From: Thaumarchaeota archaeon UBA223
GTDB taxonomy: Archaea; Thermoproteota; Nitrososphaeria; Nitrososphaerales; UBA57
Assembly: GCA_002495905.1 (NCBI GenBank)
Contig: DAHJ01000035.1
Coordinates: 37,478 to 101,477, forward strand
Reading direction: 5' to 3'
DNA length: 64,000 nt
Part shown: positions 55,386 through 64,000 of the stretch, piece after piece
Numbering within the stretch: position 1 is the first letter of the stretch
Layout: each line of letters starts with the position of its first letter
Translations under genes and position numbers: made by a program
The notes under the pieces: model-generated
Seen by the model: the letters and a program-made list of their open reading frames with translations, nothing else
Databases searched by the model: none
What the model was told of the DNA's origin: nothing

Positions 55386-56687
55386 TTAAGCAGAGGTATT
55401 TTCTTTAACTTCAGATTCTTCAGATCTTCCATAAATATAACTGCCTATTGCAGCGGCGGCAACAGAGAAGATTATAATAGAAATTACTAATTCTTGCATA
55501 TAGGGCAATTTAGGAATTTTATCGACGTATTTTGGCGTAGCAGGTAATTGTGAGACTGCAGCGGCGGCAAGTCCACGAGGAAGCATTGAAGAAAGTAGGC
55601 GTAAATCTTTCATCATGGATTTGTCTTTTTTAAGAGTGAGACGGAATGAGAGATTACGAGCCCCTATAAGCAGAACAGTAACTACAATCCCTAATAATAA
55701 AATCGATACAGAAGGTACGAAAATCATTCCAAGATAAACAAAGAAGAATGTAGCTAAGAGAAAAGAAATTTGTCCTTGGAATTTCCTCATAAGAGAACCT
55801 GCATCAACAGGGTTAGTACGAAATGAGGGGATAAAACCGAATTCCTTTCCATTACCTAATACTAAACCAAAGCAAAGAGCGGCTAGTGCGCCATTTCCAC
55901 CACTCATTTCAGAAAATCCAAAAAGCATCAGACAAGTAGTCAGAGTAAGAATATCATCATGTACAACGTCTTGTTGAGAAGTAATTCGTCCAATTCGAGT
56001 TGGAAAGCTTTGTAATATTTTTAGCCAAATAAGACCACCAAGTATACCAAAAACAATTCCAATTGAAAATCTTCCTGCCATTTCTTGGAGAAGAATAGAA
56101 GAAGCAGCGTCAGAACCACTTGAACCAGAAGTTCCTGACCAAATACTTAAGATTGTAACACTAAGGACTACAACAAATACATCCGTAAATGCAGATTCAA
56201 TTGTGAGAAATGTTTCTGCTTTTTTACTTATATTTAGTTTACTGACTAAGGGTATAATTACTGCAGAGCTGGTTCCACATAAAGCAGATGCAAAGAAGAG
56301 TGATGCAAACATAGCATTGCGTCCTGTGCCCCATGCATTATCAAATACTTGAGCATTAATCAGATAACCAACTACAGTAAGTGCAAAAATTGTAATTATC
56401 ACACTAGTAGCCGTTACTAGAAAACCACGCGGTGTTTCTTCAATTACCTGACGTATTTTTAGATACATTCCGCCATTAAATAATATTACAGCAATAGCAA
56501 GTCCAGCAAGATAAGGTGCAATTAGATCTAAACCTGATCGTTCAATAGAAAGTGCAGTTGCGCCAAGGAAACCTAAAAGTATTAAGAAAGGTGTATCAGG
56601 AATTCCAGTTCTATCAAAAATATTAGAAGCAATATAGCCAATAATTGTAATTATTCCAATTGAAAAGAAAACTACTTCAATTTCCAA
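55386..56687 (-). CDS. Cation:proton antiporter (CPA1, Na+/H+ exchanger family)
   Basis: 433 aa with about 11-12 TM helices and an AFTDVFVVVLSV (TD-type) segment. Confidence 0.75.
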   Translation of the reverse strand: MEIEVVFFSIGIITIIGYIASNIFDRTGIPDTPFLILLGFLGATALSIERSGLDLIAPYLAGLAIAVILFNGGMYLKIRQVIEETPRGFLVTATSVIITIFALTVVGYLINAQVFDNAWGTGRNAMFASLFFASALCGTSSAVIIPLVSKLNISKKAETFLTIESAFTDVFVVVLSVTILSIWSGTSGSSGSDAASSILLQEMAGRFSIGIVFGILGGLIWLKILQSFPTRIGRITSQQDVVHDDILTLTTCLMLFGFSEMSGGNGALAALCFGLVLGNGKEFGFIPSFRTNPVDAGSLMRKFQGQISFLLATFFFVYLGMIFVPSVSILLLGIVVTVLLIGARNLSFRLTLKKDKSMMKDLRLLSSMLPRGLAAAAVSQLPATPKYVDKIPKLPYMQELVISIIIFSVAAAAIGSYIYGRSEESEVKENTSA

Positions 56688-56782
56688 GAAATATATTCAC
56701 CAGTGATGAAGCCAGCATCCATCATTAATGTGTTGATAAGTAGCATTACATTTAAACTCTTGAATGCATTATAATACTAATA

Positions 56783-57274
56783 ATGAGAATATTTTTAGTG
56801 TTTTTACTTTTGATATTAACGATGCCACAAATTGAAGGTCATATATTAGGAGGTTCAGAAATTGAAGTAAATGGTGTAATTTTTCAGTTTATTACCGATC
56901 CTGCATTTGTAGTAGAAGACGAAGACTTCTATCTAAGTTTTAGTGTGCAAGATGCAGTTACAGATATAGGTTTAGAAAATATTGAAGCGACGATTATATT
57001 TTATGAAGACAGTGGAAGAATATTTGAGCAGATACAAGTACCAGCAAATGAGATTATAGAAGGAGATTTTGCAATCAAATATAATTTAAAGAATCAAGGA
57101 ATATATGATGTAAAGATAGAAATAATACAAGAGACAGGTCCTCCACTGGATACTCAATTTAGAATATTAGTAGCAAATAAATCAATATTAGAAGATTCTT
57201 CATTCTTAATTGGAATAGCAGTGTCGTTAATTGTCATAGGACTAATTATAAAAAATCGAATTATAGACAGATAA
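56783..57274 (+). CDS. Hypothetical secreted, C-terminally anchored beta-rich protein
   Basis: It has a signal-like N-terminus (MRIFLVFLLLILTMPQIEG|H), an acidic domain of about 110 aa, and a TM helix at the end. Confidence 0.5.
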   Translation: MRIFLVFLLLILTMPQIEGHILGGSEIEVNGVIFQFITDPAFVVEDEDFYLSFSVQDAVTDIGLENIEATIIFYEDSGRIFEQIQVPANEIIEGDFAIKYNLKNQGIYDVKIEIIQETGPPLDTQFRILVANKSILEDSSFLIGIAVSLIVIGLIIKNRIIDR

Positions 57275-58345
57275 TCAGTTTTTAGAATCTTTTAGAGATT
57301 GGAAATCATTTTTTAGAGAGTCAGGGATTTCAGAATAAACATCTGTAATTAGTGTATCTAAGCTAGGCATAGGAGAAGATTCAGCCTGAGTAATTGCTTC
57401 GGTAATCTGTCGTTCAGTTTTTTGTTGAATTTCTTGTTCAAGATCACGATTCCATATACCAGAATTCTCTAAATATTTACGAAATCTAGCAATGGGGTCT
57501 TGAGATAGCCATTCTTTATATTCAATTTGATCTTGATATCTGGAACCATCGTCGGAAGTAGAATGAGAAGAAAGTCTATATGTTTTTGCTTCAATTAGAG
57601 TAGGTCCTTTTCCTTCACGTGCTTTTTCCATGGCAGATTTAGTTGCCATATAGACAGCAAGAATATCATTACCGTCGACAACTACACCGTCAAAACCATA
57701 TGCTTTAGCTTTGATTGCAATTCCGTTAGAAGCAGTTTGATTTGATATATTTGTAGAAATAGCCCATTGATTATTTTTACAAAAGAAAACTGTAGGGGTT
57801 TTGTAAACACCGGCAAAATTAAGTCCAGAATGAAAATCATTAGAAGATGTAGCGCCATCGCCGAAATAAACAATAGTAGCAACTTTATCGTCGAGAAGTT
57901 TTGAGGCAAATGCAGTTCCAACTGCATGAGCAATTTGTGTTCCTACAGGAGCAGAAGGAGGAACAAATCGTTTTGAACTGCATCCAAATAAACCTGGAAG
58001 AGATCTTCCTTTATGTTCATCATCCGCACTTCCACGTAAATGTGAGATTATGAAATTTAACGTAACGCCTTTGAGAAGCATTGCACCTTGTTCTCTATAT
58101 GCTGGAAAGAACCAATCATTATTTGAAACGCCAAGCCCACTTCCAACTGAACAAGCTTCTTCTCCATATGAAGGTAAATAGAAACCAATACGACCTTGTC
58201 GTTGAAGAGCAACCATTTTTGTATCAAGAGTTCGTGTTAGAACCATAGTTTGATAAGCTTTAATTAATTCAGCTTCAGAAAGATCAATGTTTACATCTTT
58301 GAGTATTTCTCCCTCTTTTGTAAGACATTGTATCATATGAGTCAT
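57275..58345 (-). CDS. Thiamine-diphosphate-dependent 2-oxoacid dehydrogenase E1 alpha subunit
   Basis: It has the TPP motif YFGDGATSSNDFHSGLNFAGVYKTPTVFFCKNNQWAIST. 356 aa. Confidence 0.85.
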   Translation of the reverse strand: MTHMIQCLTKEGEILKDVNIDLSEAELIKAYQTMVLTRTLDTKMVALQRQGRIGFYLPSYGEEACSVGSGLGVSNNDWFFPAYREQGAMLLKGVTLNFIISHLRGSADDEHKGRSLPGLFGCSSKRFVPPSAPVGTQIAHAVGTAFASKLLDDKVATIVYFGDGATSSNDFHSGLNFAGVYKTPTVFFCKNNQWAISTNISNQTASNGIAIKAKAYGFDGVVVDGNDILAVYMATKSAMEKAREGKGPTLIEAKTYRLSSHSTSDDGSRYQDQIEYKEWLSQDPIARFRKYLENSGIWNRDLEQEIQQKTERQITEAITQAESSPMPSLDTLITDVYSEIPDSLKNDFQSLKDSKN

Positions 58346-58484
58346 ATTAATCAGTGAAGCCGGTTTTCCAAGAAATGCTTTTTAACGTTTTTGATTTTTT
58401 CGACAATAAACGAATTATGATTAGAAAGTAAATATAAGATTCAGGTAATAAATACAAATAACACGAATAATTACACTAATGTAA

Positions 58485-58769
58485 ATGTATGAAGGAGAAT
58501 TAGTTAATCTTTTAGAAGCATCACTAATAGGTTATGAATTAATTTATGTTGATAAAAAAAAGAAATTAACCAAAATATATTCAGAGGAAGAATCTAATAG
58601 TTACAATGTATCGATATCACTAGACTCTACAAATAAAATAAATGAATTGCAAATAGTGCAAATAGTTTGGGGAAAAGAAAATGAAGCAGAGATAAGAGAA
58701 TTAGAAATAATTCCTGAAAAATTACAAAAGAGTCTTGATTTGGATATAAAAAAGATTACAAAAATATAA
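58485..58769 (+). CDS. Hypothetical protein
   Basis: 94-aa ORF filling the gap upstream of the tRNA. I recognise no motif. Confidence 0.35.
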   Translation: MYEGELVNLLEASLIGYELIYVDKKKKLTKIYSEEESNSYNVSISLDSTNKINELQIVQIVWGKENEAEIRELEIIPEKLQKSLDLDIKKITKI

Positions 58770-58819
58770 AACGCCGAGAGTGGGATTTGAACCCACGAGA
58801 CCCTTGCGAGTCACAAGCT

Positions 58820-58829
58820 GACTGAGATA
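58820..58829 (-). other. Putative canonical-position (37/38) tRNA intron, 10 nt
   Basis: UAUCUCAGUC. Intron UCAG pairs with CUGG (nt 32-35). The junctions fall at AA|U and UC|A. Confidence 0.55.
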
Positions 58830-58852
58830 TTCCAGGCTTGCGCCTTACCAGA

Positions 58853-58864
58853 TTGTCCTTAGAT
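58853..58864 (-). other. Putative non-canonical tRNA intron in the D-loop
   Basis: AUCUAAGGACAA. Removing it gives the D-loop UAGUCUGGUAA. Intron GGAC can pair with exon GUCU, which places both junctions after the second nucleotide of 3-nt bulges (AG|A and AA|U). Confidence 0.55.
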
Positions 58865-58926
58865 CTAGACTACCTCGGCTATGATTCGAACAAACATGTT
58901 AAAAGATAAAATCTTTTATGTGTAAG

Positions 58927-59928
58927 TTAATCTTGAGACTCAGTTTTTGTCCAAAGTTTAGGATAAGTACCAGGTTTCATGATTACTCGTTTAGTTTTAC
59001 AAGCAATGCCTTTTTTAGTTTTTGTAATATCGTCAGTAGTCATTAGAGATTCTGCCAAAGCGATTAATTCGCCTTTTTGAGATAAAATAGCAATATTCTC
59101 ACTGATGGAAATTTCCTTTGATAGCTTCAAGATTCCAGGAATGGCAAGTTGAGCGCCATGACATAAAGAATCAATTGCAGAACAACGTACAGTAATAGAT
59201 TTTAATGGTTCAGTAATAAATTCAACAGGACGTACTAGTTCTCGAAATCGAGTTTCGTCGTTTTCTTCTTTCATTCTATATATTGCATCACTTAATTCGT
59301 GTAAACGTACAAAATTGCTACGTTCGTTGATGTGCATAACTTGAGTACGACGTAATTCGACCATAGTAGCGCCGCATTGCATAATTTCGCCAATGTCGTA
59401 TACCAATTTACGAATATATGTACCTGCTTCACAGAGTATTCTAAGACATAAAAGACGACTATTATCATCTAAAACAGATATATCATAAATATTTCGAATT
59501 CGAGTTTGTCTCTTTACTGCAGAACGTTGTGGAGGTCTTTGATATATAGGTCCTTTGAATTGATTTATACAGTCATAAAGTTTAGTTTGATTTACACTAT
59601 TATGTAAACGAATTACAGCGACATATTCTTTAGGTCCATATAATAAAATAGGTAAAGCCTTTGTTGCATTACCAAGACTAATTGGTAACAATCCAGTGAC
59701 CATAGGATCTAGTGTGCCGCTATGTCCAGCTTTATTATAATTTAACATTGATTTTACCCAAGATACTACTTGATGACTAGTTGGTCCAGATTGTTTATCA
59801 ATAAAAATTATACAATTATCAATCAAATCTTTGATAGAGCGTTTATCAGGATATGAACCAGAATCAAGAATATCGGGTTCTTCGTCCAGAATGATCTGTT
59901 CTTTATTGTTTGTTTTAGAGTGATTCAT
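58927..59928 (-). CDS. cbf5: tRNA/rRNA pseudouridine synthase Cbf5 (H/ACA RNP catalytic subunit)
   Basis: It has a TruB catalytic motif (KAGHSGTLDPMVTGLLPI) and a PUA domain at the C-terminus. I place the start at the internal ATG at 59928. The track ORF start at 59997 would overlap cmk by 83 nt. Confidence 0.9.
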   Translation of the reverse strand: MNHSKTNNKEQIILDEEPDILDSGSYPDKRSIKDLIDNCIIFIDKQSGPTSHQVVSWVKSMLNYNKAGHSGTLDPMVTGLLPISLGNATKALPILLYGPKEYVAVIRLHNSVNQTKLYDCINQFKGPIYQRPPQRSAVKRQTRIRNIYDISVLDDNSRLLCLRILCEAGTYIRKLVYDIGEIMQCGATMVELRRTQVMHINERSNFVRLHELSDAIYRMKEENDETRFRELVRPVEFITEPLKSITVRCSAIDSLCHGAQLAIPGILKLSKEISISENIAILSQKGELIALAESLMTTDDITKTKKGIACKTKRVIMKPGTYPKLWTKTESQD

Positions 59929-60472
59929 TGATCGAATCAATAACTGATTTACAAACTTGATTAATATCCATATCGTTTGTATCAATAATAATATCAAAAA
60001 CTGATAAATCAGTTCCTAATTTCATACTATACAGTTTTTCATAGATTTGTTGGTTTTTTGTATCACGTTCATTAACTACTTTAGTAGATTCTTCAAGTGA
60101 AACTGTATCACGAGACCCAAGACGAAGTGAACGGTTTTCTTTAGATGCCTCAAGCCATACAGATATTCCATTAGAAGTGAGCCAAGGAAGCGTGTAACTA
60201 GTTATTACGACATCTCCATTATTTAATAAATCAATTAAACGTTGATCAACAAGTTTATCAAATGAAGAATCTTGCATACGATTAGAAAGAAATTTCATCC
60301 CATCTTTGTTATCCCACCAATCAAGACCAGAAATTGTAAAGCCTTTTTCTTTAGCAATTTCTTTAAGCATGTCTCCGCCAGAATAATATTTTATGCTATA
60401 TTCTTTACAAAGTGAATGAGCTACAGTAGTTTTACCAACTGCAGGCATTCCAGATAAAATAATTCCTTTCAT
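59915..60472 (-). CDS. cmk: Cytidylate kinase (archaeal type)
   Basis: It has a P-loop (ILSGMPAVGKTTVA), is 185 aa, and sits in the conserved position between adk and cbf5. Confidence 0.8.
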   Translation of the reverse strand: MKGIILSGMPAVGKTTVAHSLCKEYSIKYYSGGDMLKEIAKEKGFTISGLDWWDNKDGMKFLSNRMQDSSFDKLVDQRLIDLLNNGDVVITSYTLPWLTSNGISVWLEASKENRSLRLGSRDTVSLEESTKVVNERDTKNQQIYEKLYSMKLGTDLSVFDIIIDTNDMDINQVCKSVIDSINESL

Positions 60473-60482
60473 AAAGAAAACT

Positions 60483-61064
60483 CTAATCTAAATCTAAGGA
60501 ATTTACAATTGATTCTGCGGCTTCTTTAGATTTTCCGTCGGAATTGAGAACTACTAATAGTGAAGCTCCTGTGAGAATACCAGCAGATGATAGCATACTT
60601 CGTGCAATTTGATTGTCAAGTTCAATAGATTCAATGGTAGTAGCATCTCTATTTCTAGTAGGGTCGTTAGAACGACGATCAAGTACATCCTGCGGTAAAG
60701 CTTCTACCAAAATGAGATTAGTTGGAAGAAGTGATTCCAAGATAGAAATTGGTAAACCAGGCATATAACCAGAATTAGTTTTTATAAATAAATGAGTGTC
60801 AATGACTACAACGTCTGATTTAATATTAGCTATAGATTTTGCTGCGTCGATTTGTAATTTTTGTTGTTTATCAGTAGAAAGAGTTCGCATTTCATCTCGA
60901 TCAGAAATTCCAAGTTTCTTTGCTTCTTCAAACATTATTGTTCCAAAAGTAAGATTGTCGACTTTAACGTCTTTTGTTTCAAGAATAGATAATACTTCAT
61001 TGACTACAGTAGTTTTTCCAACTCCTGCAATGCCGACAATTACAACGCGTTTAGTATTTGACAT
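60483..61064 (-). CDS. adkA: Adenylate kinase (archaeal AdkA type)
   Basis: It has a P-loop (VIVGIAGVGKTTV), is 193 aa, and lies downstream of secY. Confidence 0.85.
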   Translation of the reverse strand: MSNTKRVVIVGIAGVGKTTVVNEVLSILETKDVKVDNLTFGTIMFEEAKKLGISDRDEMRTLSTDKQQKLQIDAAKSIANIKSDVVVIDTHLFIKTNSGYMPGLPISILESLLPTNLILVEALPQDVLDRRSNDPTRNRDATTIESIELDNQIARSMLSSAGILTGASLLVVLNSDGKSKEAAESIVNSLDLD

Positions 61065-61068
61065 ATAA

Positions 61069-62481
61069 TCAATCCTTACCCAAGAAGCTAGCTAATCCAG
61101 GCATCATTGTTTCTAATCTTTCTTTCATCAAAAGTTGATAGTAATTAATGAAAATACTTACCATCAGTAAAATACCAGTGCCTCCTCCAAATACACCTAA
61201 GATATCAGATACAGAAGCTAATAGGCCCATTAATATTCCTCCAATAATAGTAATAACAGGAATATATCGATCAAGGAGTACTTCTAGAGAACCTTCGGAA
61301 CGTCGAAATCCAGGTACTTGTACATTTGCACCTAATAATTTACCTGCAACGGCTTTTGAACCAAGTCCTCCAATTTCTACCCAAACACGAGCAAAGATAG
61401 TACACATTACTACGTAGAATAAAACATAAGTTAGTGCTCTCAATGGCTCGACAGATAATACTTCAAGACCACGAGGAGGCGAAACAAAATATGCAAATCC
61501 CCCTATTGGACCAGCTGCAGGATCTGCAGTGTTAAACTGTGCAAATAAATTGAGAATTGTATTACTATTTGAAGGATTAAATCGAGACCATACAATTTGT
61601 GCGAAGAAAGTAACATTTGCTAGGAGTGCGCCTGTAAGAATAACAGGTAAAACAGACACGTATAACAACTTAATTGGATAGGTTCCTTGAAATCCTCTAT
61701 ATCGAGTAGAAGTAATAGGAATTTCAATTCTTATTCCTTCAGCATATACAATTAATCCAATTACTGCAAGAGTTAAAATAAGAATAACCATACTAGGCAA
61801 TCCACCAGGGCGTAAAAGAATACTTTCTGGAGATCCAGAAATAAGTGTAGATACAGCATGAGGAATAATACCAAAATAACTAGTTCCTGCAGGAATTAAT
61901 GCAAATACGCTCCAAAATATTTGTTGGGAAACACCAGCTGCAATGAACAAACTAATACCACTTCCAAGTCCCCAGCCTTTTTGAATTAATTCGTCTAGAA
62001 GAATTACAATAAGTCCGCCAAACATAATTTGAGCAATAATTGTAGCTGCAGTAGGAAAAGGTAGATTTTGACCAAATGAACCACCTACCATAAAAGCAAC
62101 TGCTTCTGCAAATGTTACAATAAGAGCAAGAATCTTAGTACCTGCAGAGAATAATGCTCGGTCATCAGGTTTCTTAAAATCTAATTTAATAATTTCTGCT
62201 CCTTTTAATAATTGTAAGATTAAACCAGCAGTTACAATAGGACCAATACCTAAAGTCATTAGAGTTCCTTGAGAAGATGCAAATATAATTGCAGTGTATG
62301 ACATCTGATCTTGTGCACCTGATGCAACTCCATATAATGGTATTTGTGCCATTATAAGATAGGTAGCAACGGCTACTGCAGTCCATAGTAAACGATTTGT
62401 AAGAGATGGTTTAATTTTAGGTTTTTCTACTTCAGGTAGGACTGAAGCAACTTGTCTAACAAAATCTGTAGTAACTCCCAA
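61069..62481 (-). CDS. secY: Preprotein translocase SecY
   Basis: 470 aa with 10 TM helices. It contains GIGPIVTAGLILQLL and LDELIQKGWGLGSGISLFI. Confidence 0.95.
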   Translation of the reverse strand: MGVTTDFVRQVASVLPEVEKPKIKPSLTNRLLWTAVAVATYLIMAQIPLYGVASGAQDQMSYTAIIFASSQGTLMTLGIGPIVTAGLILQLLKGAEIIKLDFKKPDDRALFSAGTKILALIVTFAEAVAFMVGGSFGQNLPFPTAATIIAQIMFGGLIVILLDELIQKGWGLGSGISLFIAAGVSQQIFWSVFALIPAGTSYFGIIPHAVSTLISGSPESILLRPGGLPSMVILILTLAVIGLIVYAEGIRIEIPITSTRYRGFQGTYPIKLLYVSVLPVILTGALLANVTFFAQIVWSRFNPSNSNTILNLFAQFNTADPAAGPIGGFAYFVSPPRGLEVLSVEPLRALTYVLFYVVMCTIFARVWVEIGGLGSKAVAGKLLGANVQVPGFRRSEGSLEVLLDRYIPVITIIGGILMGLLASVSDILGVFGGGTGILLMVSIFINYYQLLMKERLETMMPGLASFLGKD

Positions 62482-62483
62482 TA

Positions 62484-62888
62484 TTATGACCTCGATGAGA
62501 TTTTTCCGCCGGCTTTCTCAACTTTGGTTTGAGCTTGTTTAGTGAATGAATTAACAAGTAATTCATAAGAACCTTTGACAGAACCAGAGCCAAGTAATTT
62601 TTCATAACCAAGTTTTTCTAGATCAATAGGATCACTACTTTGAGAATGTAAGAATAGGCCATCTAAATCTCCTACATTAATCCATTTTTTTACAATGATA
62701 CGATTAGGAGGATTCAAAGATGGTTTTGTAAAATGATCAGGATCATATTTGACAGTCCAACTCCATTTATACTTCATTAAACCGGCCTTTCCTCTTCCTC
62801 CAGGATGAGATCTGTGACCTTTAACTTGTCCCCATCCATGTGACCGTGAACCGCGTAATTTTCTAATTTTTCTATGTCTTGTTCCCAT
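62484..62888 (-). CDS. rpl15: Ribosomal protein uL15
   Basis: It contains RKLRGSRSHGWGQVKGHRSHPGGRGKAG. Confidence 0.9.
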   Translation of the reverse strand: MGTRHRKIRKLRGSRSHGWGQVKGHRSHPGGRGKAGLMKYKWSWTVKYDPDHFTKPSLNPPNRIIVKKWINVGDLDGLFLHSQSSDPIDLEKLGYEKLLGSGSVKGSYELLVNSFTKQAQTKVEKAGGKISSRS

Positions 62889-62897
62889 ATTATCACC

Positions 62898-63365
62898 CTA
62901 TATCATATTTGAGATTAATTTAGAAAGATCAGGATTATAACCCAATGTACCTCCTTGAGAATACATTCTGCGAGTTGATTTTCTAAAACCACCTTTAGGT
63001 GGCGATAAACGAAATGAAGGTTTTAGATTAGATAAGGAAGAAAGATTAATTTTATTTTCACTTAATGCTTTAGCCAAATCCGAAATTGTAGTATATCCGT
63101 CTTTTTGTGCAAGATCAGAATCATACTTGACAGAATTAGATTTTTCTCCGCGATTCGTTATAAGGGATTCAATTGTTGACGAATCCGCATCAATCCAAGC
63201 GACATGGTTTTTGACAGTTTGTAACATGCCTTTAGAAATTTCATTATTAGGAATTATTGTAGCACGAAAACGAGATTCAAGATGAAGATGTTCCATAGTA
63301 GTTTTAACAGTACTCCTTTGGTTTATTGTGCCACGAAGATTAACAACTATAAATGCCGACATCAT
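62898..63365 (-). CDS. rpl30: Ribosomal protein uL30
   Basis: 155 aa. It contains IVVNLRGTINQRSTVKTTMEHLHL and sits between S5 and L15. Confidence 0.9.
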   Translation of the reverse strand: MMSAFIVVNLRGTINQRSTVKTTMEHLHLESRFRATIIPNNEISKGMLQTVKNHVAWIDADSSTIESLITNRGEKSNSVKYDSDLAQKDGYTTISDLAKALSENKINLSSLSNLKPSFRLSPPKGGFRKSTRRMYSQGGTLGYNPDLSKLISNMI

Positions 63366-63368
63366 AAA

Positions 63369-64000
63369 TCACTGTAAACTCATACCATGAAGTTGCCTAA
63401 TTGAATCATAAACTGCATTAGCGACAGAAGGCATAGTACTTGTTGAACCAAAGCTTTTTGACCATACATCTTTTACTCCAGCTAATGCAAGTAAATTACG
63501 TATAGTTTCTCCTGCAACTAATCCAAGACCTTTTGGACCAGGAATTAATTCAATTTTAACACTTCCACCTCGACCGACAGTACGATGAGGTATAGAATGA
63601 TTTGTACCACATCTACATTCCCAACTTCCACAGCCTAATTTAACAGGAATTATATTAAGTAATGCATTTTGAGTTGCACTATCTATAGCATTTTTCATTT
63701 GAGGTTTCTTACCAGTACCAATTCCAAACCAACCAGTTTCGTCCCCGACAGCAACAACAGATTTAAATCGAGTTGATTCACCAGCGTCAGTTTGTTTTTG
63801 AACAACACCTACATGAACAACAAAGGATTTGATGTCAGGAAGTAATTTGTTAACTATTTCATATTCTTTAATTTTCCATCCATTTTGAAAGATTGTATCA
63901 AGAGATTGAACAGAACCAGATTGTACAAGTGTGCCTAGACGGGTACGAGGAGTCCAAACTACTTCAGGTTCAGGTCTACGTTCATTTCTACGGTCGCGAT
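63369..64000 (-). CDS. rps5: Ribosomal protein uS5. The N-terminus lies beyond the window edge.
   Basis: The frame stays open from 63369 to 64000 (RDRRNERRPEPEVVWTPRTRLG...VVAVGDETGWFGIGTGKKPQMKNAI...). The track only lists the part from an internal Met at 63698. Confidence 0.9.
   Translation of the reverse strand, partial: RDRRNERRPEPEVVWTPRTRLGTLVQSGSVQSLDTIFQNGWKIKEYEIVNKLLPDIKSFVVHVGVVQKQTDAGESTRFKSVVAVGDETGWFGIGTGKKPQMKNAIDSATQNALLNIIPVKLGCGSWECRCGTNHSIPHRTVGRGGSVKIELIPGPKGLGLVAGETIRNLLALAGVKDVWSKSFGSTSTMPSVANAVYDSIRQLHGMSLQ

Larger units (their letters stand above)
58772..58879 (-). tRNA. tRNA-Ser (anticodon GGA), class II, with two putative mini-introns
   Basis: I folded the reverse complement manually. 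It has an acceptor stem (GCCGAGG/TCTCGGC), a T arm (GTGGG-TTCAAAT-CCCAC), a long variable arm (GACTC-GCAA-GGGTC) and discriminator G. The D arm and anticodon arm (CAAGC-CTGGAAA-GCTTG) form only after removing 12 nt and 10 nt. Confidence 0.8.

Noticed and set aside
56700-56730. GTGATGAAGCCAGCATCCATCA imperfect palindrome in the antiporter/56783 divergent region.
   Set aside because: It has only a 5-bp inverted repeat. It could be an operator, but nothing else supports it and it does not fit a C/D sRNA.
1-64000. A search for CRISPR arrays, long tandem or inverted repeats, IS elements, and rRNA, SRP or RNase P RNA genes.
   Set aside because: No non-coding gap exceeds ~200 nt. The only repeats I noticed by eye are short protein-level ones (PKPRP units in 45687-46280 and the K/E heptads in 1901-2809).

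Overview
This is an AT-rich, very gene-dense archaeal chromosome segment with about 70 genes and almost no non-coding DNA. No rRNA, CRISPR array, transposase or integrase is visible. The gene content points to an ammonia-oxidising thaumarchaeon of the Nitrosopumilus type. Supporting genes are fibrillarin/Nop5, class I LysRS, the SecE-Spt5-L11-L1-L10 and S5-L30-L15-SecY-Adk-Cmk-Cbf5 clusters, a Rieske/cytochrome b pair next to an amicyanin-like cupredoxin, and Tat plus DUF106 translocation genes. All protein calls come from reading the supplied translations for family signature motifs. No database search was run. Most of the window is housekeeping. The one clearly accessory region is a ~13.5 kb cell-surface glycan / nonulosonic-acid-type island at 8566-22137. 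The observations most worth follow-up are these. (1) A 654-aa fusion of a CMP-sugar synthetase domain with a LarA-type (nickel-pincer cofactor) racemase/epimerase domain, next to a NeuB-like synthase. (2) A 165-aa HEAT protein that looks like one half of deoxyhypusine hydroxylase, with two His-Glu motifs. (3) Two tRNA genes carrying three 10-12 nt mini-introns, two of them at non-canonical positions, all fitting the same minimal bulge-helix geometry. (4) A 67-nt GC-enriched stem-loop with C/D-box-like k-turn motifs between tatC and tatA. (5) Two SPPY-type DNA methyltransferases with no visible nuclease partner. Two real genes shorter than 60 codons are absent from the ORF track: ribosomal protein eS30 and SecE. 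I cannot claim a complete novel multi-gene system. The items above are candidates.
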